IMG/VR virus record: IMGVR_UViG_3300025120_000023
Source: an uncultured virus (IMG/VR IMGVR_UViG_3300025120_000023)
Taxonomy: Duplodnaviria > Heunggongvirae > Uroviricota > Caudoviricetes
Length of the DNA: 56,820 bases
Strand: one strand, 5' to 3'
A program made the translations under genes and the position numbers. Position 1 is the stretch's first letter; each line of letters opens with the position of its first letter. Positions 56,820-56,820 of this stretch are shown here, piece by piece. The notes beneath the pieces were generated by a model, which saw nothing but the letters and a program-made list of their open reading frames with translations, did not search any database and was not told the origin of the DNA.

Positions 56820-56820
56820 A

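Larger units (their letters stand above)
1..56820 (-). mobile_element. Segment of a large T4-like myophage genome (probable Bacteroidota host)
   Basis: Baseplate gp6/gp25/gp5-like genes, gp55-like sigma factor, gp46/47-like nuclease, primase, endolysin and holin. Compact single-strand gene layout and no cellular housekeeping operons. Confidence 0.95.

Noticed and set aside
1..56820. Stop-codon reassignment, as seen in some large Bacteroidota phages
   Set aside because: Genes are full-length in the standard code, and TAA, TAG (e.g. 11411, 40058, 47882) and TGA (3655, 10468) all end genes at tight junctions.
1..56820. tRNA, rRNA or structured ncRNA genes
   Set aside because: Intergenic gaps are under about 100 nt and are accounted for by promoters and terminators; no cloverleaf or T-loop pattern was seen.

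Overview
This 56.8 kb window is an AT-rich, densely coding segment of a large T4-like myovirus (jumbo-phage-type) genome. Every credible gene is on the minus strand and uses the standard code. The host is very probably a Bacteroidota (Flavobacteriales-like) bacterium: there is a T9SS C-terminal sorting domain, signal peptides are followed by Gln, and no Shine-Dalgarno motifs are obvious. In transcription order (high to low coordinates) the blocks are: (1) small acidic proteins sharing an N-terminal 'RLxELAG(I/L)xE' leader, probably head-packaged internal proteins; (2) an envelope and lysis operon (membrane protein, T9SS cargo with Cys-rich repeats, outer-membrane beta-barrel, TM coiled-coil, exported Trx-fold protein, amidase endolysin, holin); (3) an Ntn hydrolase, LamG protein, putative BECR RNase, HPRT and a fibre protein; (4) an HD hydrolase and gp55-like sigma factor; (5) a long baseplate/tail block (split gp5-like spike, GH108-like lysozyme, M15 peptidase, gp25, gp6, Ig/LamG proteins); (6) SpeD-like decarboxylase, endonuclease I, primase and a fused Mre11-Rad50; (7) a cytidyltransferase/ligase-like fusion. 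Two promoter classes are visible: a late-type TATTTAT box before 10 genes, and a TTG-N17-TATATT sigma70-like class. All product calls come from motif recognition by eye, with no database searches. No tRNA, rRNA, CRISPR array or IS element was seen.
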